DNA of 64,000 nt from Terriglobia bacterium. GTDB lineage: Bacteria; Acidobacteriota; Terriglobia; 20CM-2-55-15. How positions within the stretch are numbered: position 1 is the stretch's first letter; each line of letters begins with the position of its first letter. A program made the translations under genes and the position numbers. Below are positions 37,886-49,002 of the stretch, in pieces. The stretch lies in the NCBI GenBank assembly GCA_963664115.2, contig CAXWPJ010000006.1, positions 256,001-320,000 of the forward strand, in the 5' to 3' direction. Under the pieces are notes generated by a model. It was not told where the DNA came from, ran no database searches, and worked only from the letters and a program-made list of their open reading frames with translations.

Positions 37886-39040
37886 TCATATTTCGAGAAA
37901 CTTCGGGAAGTGGACCAGATTTTTGCATCCGCTGTCGCTGACCAAAACGACATCTTCCAGACGCACACCGCCCATTCCCGCATAGTAGAGTCCGGGTTCG
38001 ACCGTCACCACCTGGTGTTTTCGAAACCGGTTACGCGCTATGAGTCCAAAAAAAGGAGCTTCATGGACATCCAGGCCGAGTCCGTGGCCCGTACCGTGAA
38101 AGAACCCCTGCATGCGGCCATCGCGGAGTCCGGTCTCAAAACCCTGCTTCCGGAAGTAGTTGAGGATGTCTTGGTGAAGTTTGGAAGCGCTGACCCGGGA
38201 GCGGATCTTCCTAAAGCCTATTTTCTGAGCCTCTGCGACCGCGTGATAGGCATGTTTCAGTCTTTCTGATGCCTGGCCGCGCACGACGGTGCGGGTCATA
38301 TCACCGAAGTATCCACTCTTTTGCGACCTCGGGAAAATATCAATGATGATAGCCGTGTGGGCGCGAATCGGCCCGCTGCCTTCGTTGTGGGGATCGACCG
38401 CCTGCTCTCCTGAAGATACGATCGTGTGGCTCGGCACAAAGCCGCGTTCCATGATCGTCGTGTTTATGACGGACCTTAAGATTTCGGAAGTCAGTCGTGT
38501 ACCGTCCAGTTTGAGATAGCCGTTGCCGGATATTTTTGTCCGCCGGAGCGCGGCGATTCCCGCCTCCATACCGGCTTCAGCCGCACGCAGCGAATCACGG
38601 ATGTGACGAATTTCCGTCCGGGTTTTGATCTCCCGTTGGTTCCAGAAAGTTCCCGGTTCCACAGTGAGGGCGATGCCCAACCCGCGGAGTTCGTCAGCCA
38701 GCGAGACCGGGAAGTTCCAGGGAACGCGGGCGTGATGAATTTTGAATTCCTTGAACACTTCCGAAACGACGTGCGCGGTCGTAGGGAATCGAATGCCCTG
38801 GGAACGTAAACCCGCGACGTATGGGCTCCGTGCGAGCACGTGGTCAACCGTAGCCTGCTCTCGGGCCCGATCGAGCTCGAGATCATTCATCACGACGTAT
38901 CGCTTTCCGTTTTTCATGAAGAAGATAAACGGGTCGGGGGCGAACATTCGAGTGGCCCAGAGCAGGTTGGCGTCGGTGTCGCTGGCGGCGACAATCAACC
39001 GCGTATTGGTGGGTCCAGATGCCGTGGTATATTGAGCCAT
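37886..39040 (-). CDS. Xaa-Pro peptidase family (M24)
   Basis: DPH, DIFP, GDMTRT, HGTGHGLGLDVHE, TVEPG, VRLED; start uncertain. Confidence 0.92.
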   Translation of the reverse strand: MAQYTTASGPTNTRLIVAASDTDANLLWATRMFAPDPFIFFMKNGKRYVVMNDLELDRAREQATVDHVLARSPYVAGLRSQGIRFPTTAHVVSEVFKEFKIHHARVPWNFPVSLADELRGLGIALTVEPGTFWNQREIKTRTEIRHIRDSLRAAEAGMEAGIAALRRTKISGNGYLKLDGTRLTSEILRSVINTTIMERGFVPSHTIVSSGEQAVDPHNEGSGPIRAHTAIIIDIFPRSQKSGYFGDMTRTVVRGQASERLKHAYHAVAEAQKIGFRKIRSRVSASKLHQDILNYFRKQGFETGLRDGRMQGFFHGTGHGLGLDVHEAPFFGLIARNRFRKHQVVTVEPGLYYAGMGGVRLEDVVLVSDSGCKNLVHFPKFLEI

Positions 39041-39043
39041 ATC

Positions 39044-39769
39044 ATGTCAAAAACAGCGGGAATCGTTGTCATCGGGAACGAGATTCTGTCTGGCCGCACC
39101 CGGGATGAAAACGCGACCTACTTCCTCAAAGAGCTTCGGACCCTGGGCGTTGATGTCCGCAGGGTGTCCGTGATCCCTGACGAGATCCAGGCGATCGGAG
39201 ACGAAATTCGAAGCGCGTCCCGGAACTTTGACTACGTGTTCAGTTCAGGTGGTGTCGGCCCGACCCATGATGACGTCACGATCCAGGGTATCGCGGCTGC
39301 CTTCGAACGTAAGGTGTGCCGCAGCAGCGAACTGGAAACCACACTCCGGGAATACTATCAGGACAACCTGACGGATACCATGCTGCGCATGGCTCTCGTT
39401 CCTGAGGGAGCTTCCCTGGTCCGCGGCGACCAGATGTGGTTTCCTGTAATCGTGGTTGAGAACGTCTATATCTTTCCTGGAGTGCCCGAAATTCTTGCCT
39501 CCAAGTTCCAAAGCATCAAAGAGAGGTTTCGCGAGGATCCGTTTTTCAACCGCGATGTGTTTCTGGTCGTGGAGGAAGGGCATGTGGCTGACGTGCTACA
39601 CGAAGTCCTGGCCAAGTATCCCGATCTGCTGTTAGGTTCCTACCCGACGTTTACCAACCCGGAATATAGGGTCAAACTGACGCTCGAGTCCAAGAGCGAA
39701 GACTACCTCAACAGTGCGCACGGCTTTTTGTTAGGGTGCCTGGCTGCCCGATCGATTGATCCCATCTGA
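39044..39769 (+). CDS. CinA N-terminal/molybdopterin-binding domain protein
   Basis: IGNEILSG...DEN, SGGVGPTHDDVT, PGVP. Confidence 0.9.
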   Translation: MSKTAGIVVIGNEILSGRTRDENATYFLKELRTLGVDVRRVSVIPDEIQAIGDEIRSASRNFDYVFSSGGVGPTHDDVTIQGIAAAFERKVCRSSELETTLREYYQDNLTDTMLRMALVPEGASLVRGDQMWFPVIVVENVYIFPGVPEILASKFQSIKERFREDPFFNRDVFLVVEEGHVADVLHEVLAKYPDLLLGSYPTFTNPEYRVKLTLESKSEDYLNSAHGFLLGCLAARSIDPI

Positions 39770-39771
39770 GA

Positions 39772-40683
39772 TCAATCGAAAAGCCCCGGTTGATCGTAGC
39801 GCAGAGGTATATCGTCGATAAGCGAATCGAAGCCCAGTTCCCGGCAAAGAGGAATGACTGTGTTCGGGCTGCCTTTTCGGTACCGGATCGTATCGGGGGT
39901 CATGTCGATGTCGACGTCGCAACGAATACGGGCCAACTCGCGACTTGTTCGAGCCGTCTCCATATTCTCGCGGATGCGTTTGAGTATCCCGTCCTTTCCG
40001 CGGAAGGACAATTGATCCAGATCCGCATCAGCAATATCTTCAATTGTGCGGCAGACCGAGAGTAGTTTTCCGGCAGTCTTGCCTCCCACACCCCGGATTC
40101 CCGGAATGTTGTCTACCGAATCACCCAGCAGGGCCAGGAGGTCGGGGACCTGTTCGGGTTCGACTCCCATCTTCGTCTTTACGGCGGCCGGGTCCAGCCA
40201 GGCATTCTTGGCCAGGTCATAAATGTGAATCCGGTCGTCGACCAATTGCGCGAGGTCTTTGTCACCCGAAACGATGACCACCGGATGTCCCGCCTCCGCC
40301 ATGCGGACCGCAAGGGAGCCGATCACGTCATCGGCCTCGTAAGTCTCTATATCGAACGACGCAATGCCAACGGCCTCTGTAATACGGCGGCAGTACCCGA
40401 ATTGAACTTTCAGATCTTCAGGAGTCGCTTCACGGTTTGCTTTGTATTCGGCGAACATCTTTCGACGGAAGGAATGAGCCCCCTCGAAAGCTGCTGCCAT
40501 GTAAGGGGGGGCCTGTTCGCGGATGATTTTCAGAAGTGTACGCAGATAGCCCAGTATCGCGTTGGTTTTCATTCCGGATGGGGCAGTGATGGTGTCGGGC
40601 ATGCCGTAGTAGGCTCTGAAGATATAGTTCATCGAATCGATCAAGAAGACCGGACTCGAGTTCAAAGGCTGGGTTGGTGCCAT
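39772..40683 (-). CDS. Stand-alone 5'-3' exonuclease/flap endonuclease
   Basis: LID..NYIFRAY, YKANR, YEADD, SGDKD, GDSVDNIPG..GVG.KTA; no polymerase domain. Confidence 0.92.
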   Translation of the reverse strand: MAPTQPLNSSPVFLIDSMNYIFRAYYGMPDTITAPSGMKTNAILGYLRTLLKIIREQAPPYMAAAFEGAHSFRRKMFAEYKANREATPEDLKVQFGYCRRITEAVGIASFDIETYEADDVIGSLAVRMAEAGHPVVIVSGDKDLAQLVDDRIHIYDLAKNAWLDPAAVKTKMGVEPEQVPDLLALLGDSVDNIPGIRGVGGKTAGKLLSVCRTIEDIADADLDQLSFRGKDGILKRIRENMETARTSRELARIRCDVDIDMTPDTIRYRKGSPNTVIPLCRELGFDSLIDDIPLRYDQPGLFD

Positions 40684-40708
40684 GGCGTTTGCTGCGGTCT
40701 AACAGTTC

Positions 40709-41089
40709 TCAGTTATCTTTAATCGGCACAGAACGGCCGTTTTCATCGACTGCGACGTACACAACGCGGGCGGACGTCACCTTGACGGTTTCGCGATTTC
40801 CTTCCGACCCGGAACGCTCCGCTTCGACGTCCACGTCGATCGTGATGGATGTTGTTCCTATTTTCACGGTGGTGGCGTAGAAGGTGACGGTGTCGCCGAG
40901 GAAAACGGGTGCGAGAAACTCGACATTTTCCATCGCTTTTGTCACAAACCTCTTCGCCGCGTTTTTTCCCGCTTCAGTGCTTCCCGCCAAATCCAGGTGG
41001 CTCAAGATAACACCGCCGAAGATCGTTCCCAGTTGGTTCGTATCCTTGGGGAGCATCACGACGCGGATTGCTACGTTACGTTCGGTCAT
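40709..41089 (-). CDS. Acyl-CoA thioesterase (hotdog fold)
   Basis: PKDTN..GTIFGG, F.APV..GD, YVAVD. Confidence 0.92.
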   Translation of the reverse strand: MTERNVAIRVVMLPKDTNQLGTIFGGVILSHLDLAGSTEAGKNAAKRFVTKAMENVEFLAPVFLGDTVTFYATTVKIGTTSITIDVDVEAERSGSEGNRETVKVTSARVVYVAVDENGRSVPIKDN

Positions 41090-41119
41090 AAAGTGCCTAT
41101 GCGCGGAAGTGAGCGCCTG

Positions 41120-41536
41120 TCATTCCACTACCTGAGCATCTAGAATTCGCAAGGTGCCCGTCGTCGCCCGATCCCGCCGTATTCGGTCGAGACTGCCGAT
41201 GTCTTGTTGCTCTCCCGGCCCCAACCTCTGACTGACAATGATTCGATCAACCTCGGTCGTAGCCCCGAGTGCATCCATGTAAGTGGCTTCCATGACGATC
41301 TGATCGTAGGTCGTCGAGGCACTTTCGTTTCGGAGACCGATAAACCACAGCGGCCGGTCGCCATCGGGGGCGGGCCGGAACTCGCTTTGTGTGATCACGA
41401 TATCCATCGACGGATCGGGGCCGCGAAACCAGTTTGCCACAGTGTCGCCGTATGAACGATAACCTACGATGACGGCGATGAAGATGAGCGCGACCCGTCG
41501 CCCGATGAACCAGTATCGCGTTCGGGGGAAAATCAC
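41120..41536 (-). CDS. Membrane-anchored hypothetical protein
   Basis: N-terminal TM helix plus beta-rich domain; co-oriented in an operon. Confidence 0.7.
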   Translation of the reverse strand: MIFPRTRYWFIGRRVALIFIAVIVGYRSYGDTVANWFRGPDPSMDIVITQSEFRPAPDGDRPLWFIGLRNESASTTYDQIVMEATYMDALGATTEVDRIIVSQRLGPGEQQDIGSLDRIRRDRATTGTLRILDAQVVE

Positions 41537-41543
41537 GGACCAG

Positions 41544-42767
<1,224 letters not shown>

Positions 42768-42869
42768 TTGATGCGTTCTATGGTTGATGGATTACCGGTC
42801 GGGCCCCTCTGTTCGACCCCTCACTACATCAACCGCGCCGGACCGGATGGCGTCCGGGTCCCCGCATGA

Positions 42870-43826
42870 TTATGACGCATGCAACTCGACAATGTCACCG
42901 TCGTCGAGGACGAAGTCGCGGCCGACCATGAGACCATCCGCCTTGGCCTCACCCCATACCTTGGCGAATTTGAGGTCGCTGGCCAGTGTCCGGTGGACCG
43001 CACCGGCAAGATCAAGGACCGTGCTGCCGCGTGCCAGCACGAAGGGATCCCGTCGTTCTGTTTTTTTACCGGGCGCCTTGGTGTATACGCGCACGAGCTC
43101 CAGAAATTCGTAGATCCTTCGGCTGATCTCTCCAATCCCATCCTGCCTGTGTTCAACTGAGGAGAATCCGGCAATGGGATAGGCGTCTCCGTATATTTCC
43201 CTGAGGATTTCTTCCCGATCTGAAGCGCCCGGGGTGTCGATCTTGCTGCCTACGATCATCGTCTTTTTCTGTCCGAGTTCTATCCCGGCTTCCTTGAGTA
43301 CTTCGAGAGTTGATTCCATGCAGTCGAGTACCGCATCGTCGGACAGGTCGCTGATCCAGAGTACGCCGTCGGCGTTGCTGATTATCTGTGGTACCCACGA
43401 ATCCATGTGGTCGAATGAAACCGGGGGGAGGTCCACCAGTTGCAGACGGACTTCTTCGAAGACAAGCATTCCGGGGATGGGTACCCGCGTCGTGAAGGGA
43501 TAGTTGGCGATTTCAGGTGTTGCGTGCGTTAGGGACGCCACCAGGCTCGACTTTCCGGCGTTGGGCGCGCCGACCAGGGCCAGCTGCCGGGCGCCCTCCC
43601 GCTCCAGGTGGAAGGGATCTTTTCTTGCCGTCGACTTCTTTTGAGTGCTTTCCTTCCTGAGTACGGATAGTTTGCGTTTGAGCTCCGCTCGTATCTTTTC
43701 CGTCCCCTTGTGCTTCGGAATGATCGCCATCATTTCCTGGAGGGCCGCAACCTTTCCCTGAGGACTTTCGGCCGCTTTGAATCGTTTTTCGGCTTCCAGA
43801 TATTGGGGTGTCAAGTTGGCGGGCAT
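42870..43826 (-). CDS. DRG-like (OBG superfamily) GTPase with TGS domain
   Basis: MPANL, PKHKGTEK, GAPNAGKS, YPFTT, DLPP, RVYTK, DGDIVELH. Confidence 0.88.
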   Translation of the reverse strand: MPANLTPQYLEAEKRFKAAESPQGKVAALQEMMAIIPKHKGTEKIRAELKRKLSVLRKESTQKKSTARKDPFHLEREGARQLALVGAPNAGKSSLVASLTHATPEIANYPFTTRVPIPGMLVFEEVRLQLVDLPPVSFDHMDSWVPQIISNADGVLWISDLSDDAVLDCMESTLEVLKEAGIELGQKKTMIVGSKIDTPGASDREEILREIYGDAYPIAGFSSVEHRQDGIGEISRRIYEFLELVRVYTKAPGKKTERRDPFVLARGSTVLDLAGAVHRTLASDLKFAKVWGEAKADGLMVGRDFVLDDGDIVELHAS

Positions 43827-43929
43827 ACGGCAAGAATAGCAAAGCCGACCGGCGTGTCGAGAGTAGTAACGAACAAACGAAGTTAACAGTTAAAGGCAGG
43901 ACGAAAGGCACGCTCCTGACTTTGAACCT

Positions 43930-45105
43930 TTAACTCGCAACGGGCTCCTTCAACCACCTGCAGGTCGGCAGTATCAGGAGGGTCATGATCGCGGCAATCC
44001 AGGCAACGCTGGAGAATCCAGACCGGTCAAACGCCCAGGCGGAAGCCGTTGCGGCGAATGCGATTCCAAGCTGAGAAGCAGCGTTGCGCACAGCCATATA
44101 CGATCCGCGAACCTCAGACCCGACAAGTTCGGTTGTTAACGCGTGCAGTGGCGCCTGGCGGGCGGCGGCGGTGATGCTGAGCGCACCGACAGCCAGGAAA
44201 AGGAGCAATCCCCATTCCAGGTTGGACACTACGAGGAACAGCGGAGCTAGAATAACGTTGGCGGCGAGGATCATGGCTCGTTTACCAACTCGATCTGCGA
44301 GCCAGCCCGAAATAGGTGCGGCCGAGGTGGCAGCCACTCCGGCCACCATGAACAACAGCCCAATCCGTTCGATACCGATGCCTTCCGACGCGAGCCACAG
44401 GCCGACATACGTAAGAAAACCGACGAGCGCTCCCGAAGTCAAGAATGCCGCCCCCATTCCTGCGACACGGTCGCTGAATCTGAAATGAGCCAGGGCACTA
44501 GAGATCGATGCGGGTCCAGGCCGACGATGGTCCGGCGGTAGCAGCAAAACGGCAACGAACGCTATCAAGGCTCCTGCTACGGCGAGTCCCAAAAATACCC
44601 ACCTCCAGTCGAACCGGGCTGCGACAAATGTGCCGGCCGGTATACTGATAACGAACACGAGGAAATAGGCCATCGATATGATGCCCATTGCTTTTCCGCG
44701 TTGCTGGTACGGGTAGTGGTCGCCCGCATATGAGAATGCCAGTGTCGATAGCGTTCCGGCAGAAAGGCCGGTCAGGAGGCGGGCCGCCAACAAGGTGCTA
44801 AAATAGGAGCTTTGGTAGGTGAGCAGCGATGCGGTAGAGAACACCACTAGAGCCAGACACATCAAGCGCTTACGACCGATACGGTCCGATGCCATGCCGA
44901 GTACCAGCGCGAATGCAGCTGCGGCGAGTGCGTAGACCGTTACAACGGTTCCTGCACGACCGGGAGATGTGTTGAGATCTTCGGCTATTGATGGAAGCAG
45001 TGGCGGGATCAGTGCTGCGTCGGTAACGCCCAGGAACAGAATCCCGAACAGGATTGCAGCTACCTTCCACTGGAAGTTGCCGCGTGAATCGGCGCCTGAC
45101 GACAC
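43930..45105 (-). CDS. MFS transporter
   Basis: About 12 TM helices; G.ASDRIGRK and LADRVGKR motif A. Confidence 0.93.
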   Translation of the reverse strand: MSSGADSRGNFQWKVAAILFGILFLGVTDAALIPPLLPSIAEDLNTSPGRAGTVVTVYALAAAAFALVLGMASDRIGRKRLMCLALVVFSTASLLTYQSSYFSTLLAARLLTGLSAGTLSTLAFSYAGDHYPYQQRGKAMGIISMAYFLVFVISIPAGTFVAARFDWRWVFLGLAVAGALIAFVAVLLLPPDHRRPGPASISSALAHFRFSDRVAGMGAAFLTSGALVGFLTYVGLWLASEGIGIERIGLLFMVAGVAATSAAPISGWLADRVGKRAMILAANVILAPLFLVVSNLEWGLLLFLAVGALSITAAARQAPLHALTTELVGSEVRGSYMAVRNAASQLGIAFAATASAWAFDRSGFSSVAWIAAIMTLLILPTCRWLKEPVAS

Positions 45106-45176
45106 CGGCGGATTCTATCACAACGTATTCATTCGCCGTGTGTTCGGCGCGCGGTCGAACTGGAAAGGAATCAAAT

Positions 45177-47609
45177 TTGAAGAGCGAGTTCGGGGACCCC
45201 GAAGCCATTCAGGAAAAAATCGAGTCGATTCCTGACGAATTACCTATCCTGCCTCTCCGTGACGCAGTCATATTTCCGACTGCAGTGATGCCGTTGACGG
45301 TCGGCCGTGAAAGTTCTGTAGAACTGGTCAACGACGTTCAGGACAGCAACGGTCTGCTCGCGGTGCTCACACAACGCGACAAGACGACGGAAGCCCCGGG
45401 GCCTGAAGATCTTTACGACACGGGCACGGTATCGGTCATCCACCGTGTCATGCGGACTCCCGACGGGAACCTGTTTGTAATTGTTATGGCGATCGCCCGA
45501 ATGCGAATCGTCGAATTTACGCAGTTCGAACCCTACCTGAGGGCCCGGCTGGAAGTGCTTTCCGACGACGCCGAAGAAGAAACCGAGGTGGATTTTCAGG
45601 CACTTCGGAGAAGCGTTCTGGGCCAGTTTGAACGCGTGATCCGACTCTCACCGCAGCTTCCTGATGATCTGCAGACCTTCGTTATCAACATCGACGAATC
45701 CGGACGGCTTGCCGACTACATCGCCACGAACCTGCCCAATCTCCCGGTCGATTCAAAACAGCTCGTATTGGGCTTGACCAGCGCGCGGGAGCGACTGGAG
45801 TATTTGAATACCGAACTCGCCAAGGAGCTCGAAGTTCTGGAACTGAGGACAAAAATTCAGAGCCAGGTGGAGGAAGAGGTCGGTAAATCACAAAGGGAGT
45901 ACTTTCTGCGCGAGCAGCTCAGGGCCATCCAGAAGGAGTTGGGAGAGACCGACGATTCACAACGGGAAATAGACGAGTTGCGGGAGCAAATCGAGAAAGC
46001 AAAGCTTCCCGAAGAAGCGGCCAAGGAGGCAGAACGCGAATTGACCCGCCTGGGGCGGATGTCTCCGGCTGCAGCCGACTACACGGTTACACGGACTTAT
46101 CTGGATTGGTTAGTGACGCTTCCTTGGAACGTGTTGACGACTGAAAAATCCGATATTGTTCACGCAAAGGAAATTCTCGATCGCGACCACCACGCCCTGG
46201 AAAAAGTCAAAGAAAGAATTCTCGAATATCTGGCGGTGTTGGAACTACGTCCGGAAGGCAAGGCGCCGATCTTATGTTTCGTCGGTCCTCCGGGTGTGGG
46301 GAAGACTTCTCTGGGACGGTCCATCGCCCGGGCAACAGGGCGCCGCTTTATCCGTATGTCGTTAGGTGGAATACGGGACGAAGCTGAGATTCGCGGGCAC
46401 AGGCGGACTTACATCGGTGCGCTTCCAGGTCAAATCATCCAGAGTATACGCCGCGCTGGTGCCCGCGATCCGGTTTTGATGCTCGATGAGATCGATAAAC
46501 TGGGCGCCGACTTTCGGGGTGATCCTGCCGCGGCTCTGCTTGAAGTGTTGGACCCGGAACAGAACTCCAGTTTCCGGGACCACTATCTGGATGTCGAGTT
46601 CGATCTTTCCCGCGTCTTTTTCATCACGACAGCCAATGTGCTCGACACAATTCCTTCCGCCCTCCGTGATCGCATGGAGACCATAGAGTTGCCCGGATAC
46701 ACGGAGGAGGAGAAGGTCCTTATCGCACGGGATTATCTCGCTCCGCGCCAACGGGAGGAAAACGGCCTGAAAGTCGATCAGATTGAGTTTTCCGAAGCGG
46801 CGCTGCGGGACGTCGCCCGGTACTACACCCGTGAGGCAGGTGTCCGGAACCTCGAAAGGGAAATCGGCAACATCTGCAGAAAATATGCGCGCCGACAGTT
46901 GGAAGGGAAGTCGCCCGCCCCTGCCATCACGCCGGAAGTGGTTGCCCGCTTGCTCGGTGCGGCCAAGTATAAAGTGGCCGAGGAACTCGAAGAGAGGGTC
47001 AAGAGGCCCGGTGTCGCCGTGGGATTGGCCTGGACACCGGTAGGGGGCGAAGTCTTGTTTGTAGAAGCGAACCTGGCCCCCGGCGGCCGTCACCTGACGG
47101 TGACGGGTCAGCTGGGTGACGTGATGCAGGAGTCGACCAAAGCTGCGCTGACATGGGTCCGTTCGATGGCCGCGCGCTTGGGATTGGAGTCGGATTTCTA
47201 CAAGGATCGCGATGTTCATATCCACGTTCCTTCAGGGGCCATACCGAAGGATGGACCGTCCGCAGGGGTCACGATGGTAACGGCGCTGGTCTCCGCGCTC
47301 ATTGGAGAACCGGTCCGCCCTAAGTTGGCCATGACCGGTGAAATCACTCTGAGCGGTTACGTTCTTCCCGTCGGCGGCATCAAGGAAAAGGTTCTCGCCG
47401 CCCGGCGTGCGGGAGTGGAAGAGCTTTTGCTCCCGGCAGAAAACGAAAAGAATGTTCTGGAGGATATTCAGAACGATCTTCTGTCATCGGTTCGGATCCG
47501 TTACATCAAGACAATCGAAGACGTGTTGACCTTCGCTTTCGAACGCGAAGTGTTGTCTGCGGAAGTTGTCGCGGCTTCAACTGAGACAGCGCCGGTGTCA
47601 CGAGGCTAG
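45177..47609 (+). CDS. lon: ATP-dependent Lon protease
   Basis: [37 protein letters not shown]; TTG start inferred. Confidence 0.97.
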   Translation: MKSEFGDPEAIQEKIESIPDELPILPLRDAVIFPTAVMPLTVGRESSVELVNDVQDSNGLLAVLTQRDKTTEAPGPEDLYDTGTVSVIHRVMRTPDGNLFVIVMAIARMRIVEFTQFEPYLRARLEVLSDDAEEETEVDFQALRRSVLGQFERVIRLSPQLPDDLQTFVINIDESGRLADYIATNLPNLPVDSKQLVLGLTSARERLEYLNTELAKELEVLELRTKIQSQVEEEVGKSQREYFLREQLRAIQKELGETDDSQREIDELREQIEKAKLPEEAAKEAERELTRLGRMSPAAADYTVTRTYLDWLVTLPWNVLTTEKSDIVHAKEILDRDHHALEKVKERILEYLAVLELRPEGKAPILCFVGPPGVGKTSLGRSIARATGRRFIRMSLGGIRDEAEIRGHRRTYIGALPGQIIQSIRRAGARDPVLMLDEIDKLGADFRGDPAAALLEVLDPEQNSSFRDHYLDVEFDLSRVFFITTANVLDTIPSALRDRMETIELPGYTEEEKVLIARDYLAPRQREENGLKVDQIEFSEAALRDVARYYTREAGVRNLEREIGNICRKYARRQLEGKSPAPAITPEVVARLLGAAKYKVAEELEERVKRPGVAVGLAWTPVGGEVLFVEANLAPGGRHLTVTGQLGDVMQESTKAALTWVRSMAARLGLESDFYKDRDVHIHVPSGAIPKDGPSAGVTMVTALVSALIGEPVRPKLAMTGEITLSGYVLPVGGIKEKVLAARRAGVEELLLPAENEKNVLEDIQNDLLSSVRIRYIKTIEDVLTFAFEREVLSAEVVAASTETAPVSRG

Positions 47610-48941
47610 TTGATGACTCCTTCCTCCGCTTCAGAAACCAAGTTCGCAGCGTGGTTCGAATGTTTCGCCGGCTGTGGTGAGCGAATTTCGCTCGAAGACA
47701 TCGTTTACCGCTGCCCGTCCTGCAACTCACTACTGGAAGTCCATCATGACCTTGATGCCTTGCGCTCGGTGACGCCGGTTCGCTGGAAGGAGTTGCTTGC
47801 ATCCCGCTTGGCCTCGGATGGCGGTGTCTGGTCCCAGAAGGAACTCGTCCTCCCCATCGTGAAAGACGCAGACATCGTTTCGCTGGGCGAAGGGAACACG
47901 CCGATGCTCGCGAGTCCGCGGATGGCTCGGGCTTTGGGGGTGAGAGAGATTTTCGTCAAGCAGTGCGGCACCTCGCATACCGGTTCCTTCAAGGACCTTG
48001 GTATGACAGTACTTGTGTCCATGGTCAACCGGATCCGGTCCCGGATCCGTGCCGTTGCGTGTGCTTCGACCGGGGATACCTCGGCAGCTTTGGCCGCATA
48101 CTGCGCGGCAGCAGGAATACCGTCCATAGTATTCCTGCCCAAAGGCAAGGTGTCGTTGCCACAGTTGATCCAGCCCATTTCAAACGGCGCACTGACGCTG
48201 TCGCTCGATACCGATTTCGACGGTTGCATGGAACTGGTCCAGAAGATTACTGAGGACTCTTCGATATATCTGGCGAACTCAATGAACTCCTTGAGGGTCG
48301 AAGGGCAGAAAACGATCAGCCTGGAAATCATCCAGCAATTGAGATGGGAGGTGCCCGATTACGTTGTTGTCCCCGGCGGCAACCTCGGCAACATTTCGGC
48401 GATCGGTATGGGTTTCATGCTGGCCAGAGATCTGGGAATAATTGATCGTCTGCCCCGACTCGTCTGCGCGCAGACGGAAATGGCAAATCCCTTGTTTCGC
48501 GCCTACCAATCGGGATTCGAACGTTTCGAGCCGATTGTTGCGGGTCCGACGATGGCGACTGCCATTCAGATCGGCAATCCGGTCAGCTTTCCGAAGGCTG
48601 TCCGGGCGCTTCAGGCCAGTGACGGCATCGTCGGACAGGTGAGCGAGGCGGAGTTGGGGGATGCAGCCGTGTTCGGTGACGGTTTCGGGCTTTTCAATGA
48701 CCCTCAAACTGGTGTTGCAATTGGAGTTACAAGAAAATTGATCGCATCTGGAGATATCGAGAAAGATGCTCGAATCGTTGTCATCAGCACCGCCCATGGG
48801 CTGAAATTTGTCGACTTCAAATTGAAATTGCATCAGGGCAAGGTTCCTGGTACCGACCCTGCGCTCCGGAACCTGCCGATCGAGGTTCCTGCCGACATCG
48901 ACAAGGTACGGAGAGTCCTCGATGGCAGCCTACCTGCTTGA
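47610..48941 (+). CDS. thrC: Threonine synthase
   Basis: SLGEGNTP, HTGSFKDLG, CASTGDTS, PGGNLGN, STAHGLKF. Confidence 0.93.
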   Translation: MMTPSSASETKFAAWFECFAGCGERISLEDIVYRCPSCNSLLEVHHDLDALRSVTPVRWKELLASRLASDGGVWSQKELVLPIVKDADIVSLGEGNTPMLASPRMARALGVREIFVKQCGTSHTGSFKDLGMTVLVSMVNRIRSRIRAVACASTGDTSAALAAYCAAAGIPSIVFLPKGKVSLPQLIQPISNGALTLSLDTDFDGCMELVQKITEDSSIYLANSMNSLRVEGQKTISLEIIQQLRWEVPDYVVVPGGNLGNISAIGMGFMLARDLGIIDRLPRLVCAQTEMANPLFRAYQSGFERFEPIVAGPTMATAIQIGNPVSFPKAVRALQASDGIVGQVSEAELGDAAVFGDGFGLFNDPQTGVAIGVTRKLIASGDIEKDARIVVISTAHGLKFVDFKLKLHQGKVPGTDPALRNLPIEVPADIDKVRRVLDGSLPA

Positions 48942-49002
48942 CAATCCCTTGCAACGAAAAGCTATACTTTTTCAATAAGTTAGCGTTGTTCGAAGGTGAT
49001 TT

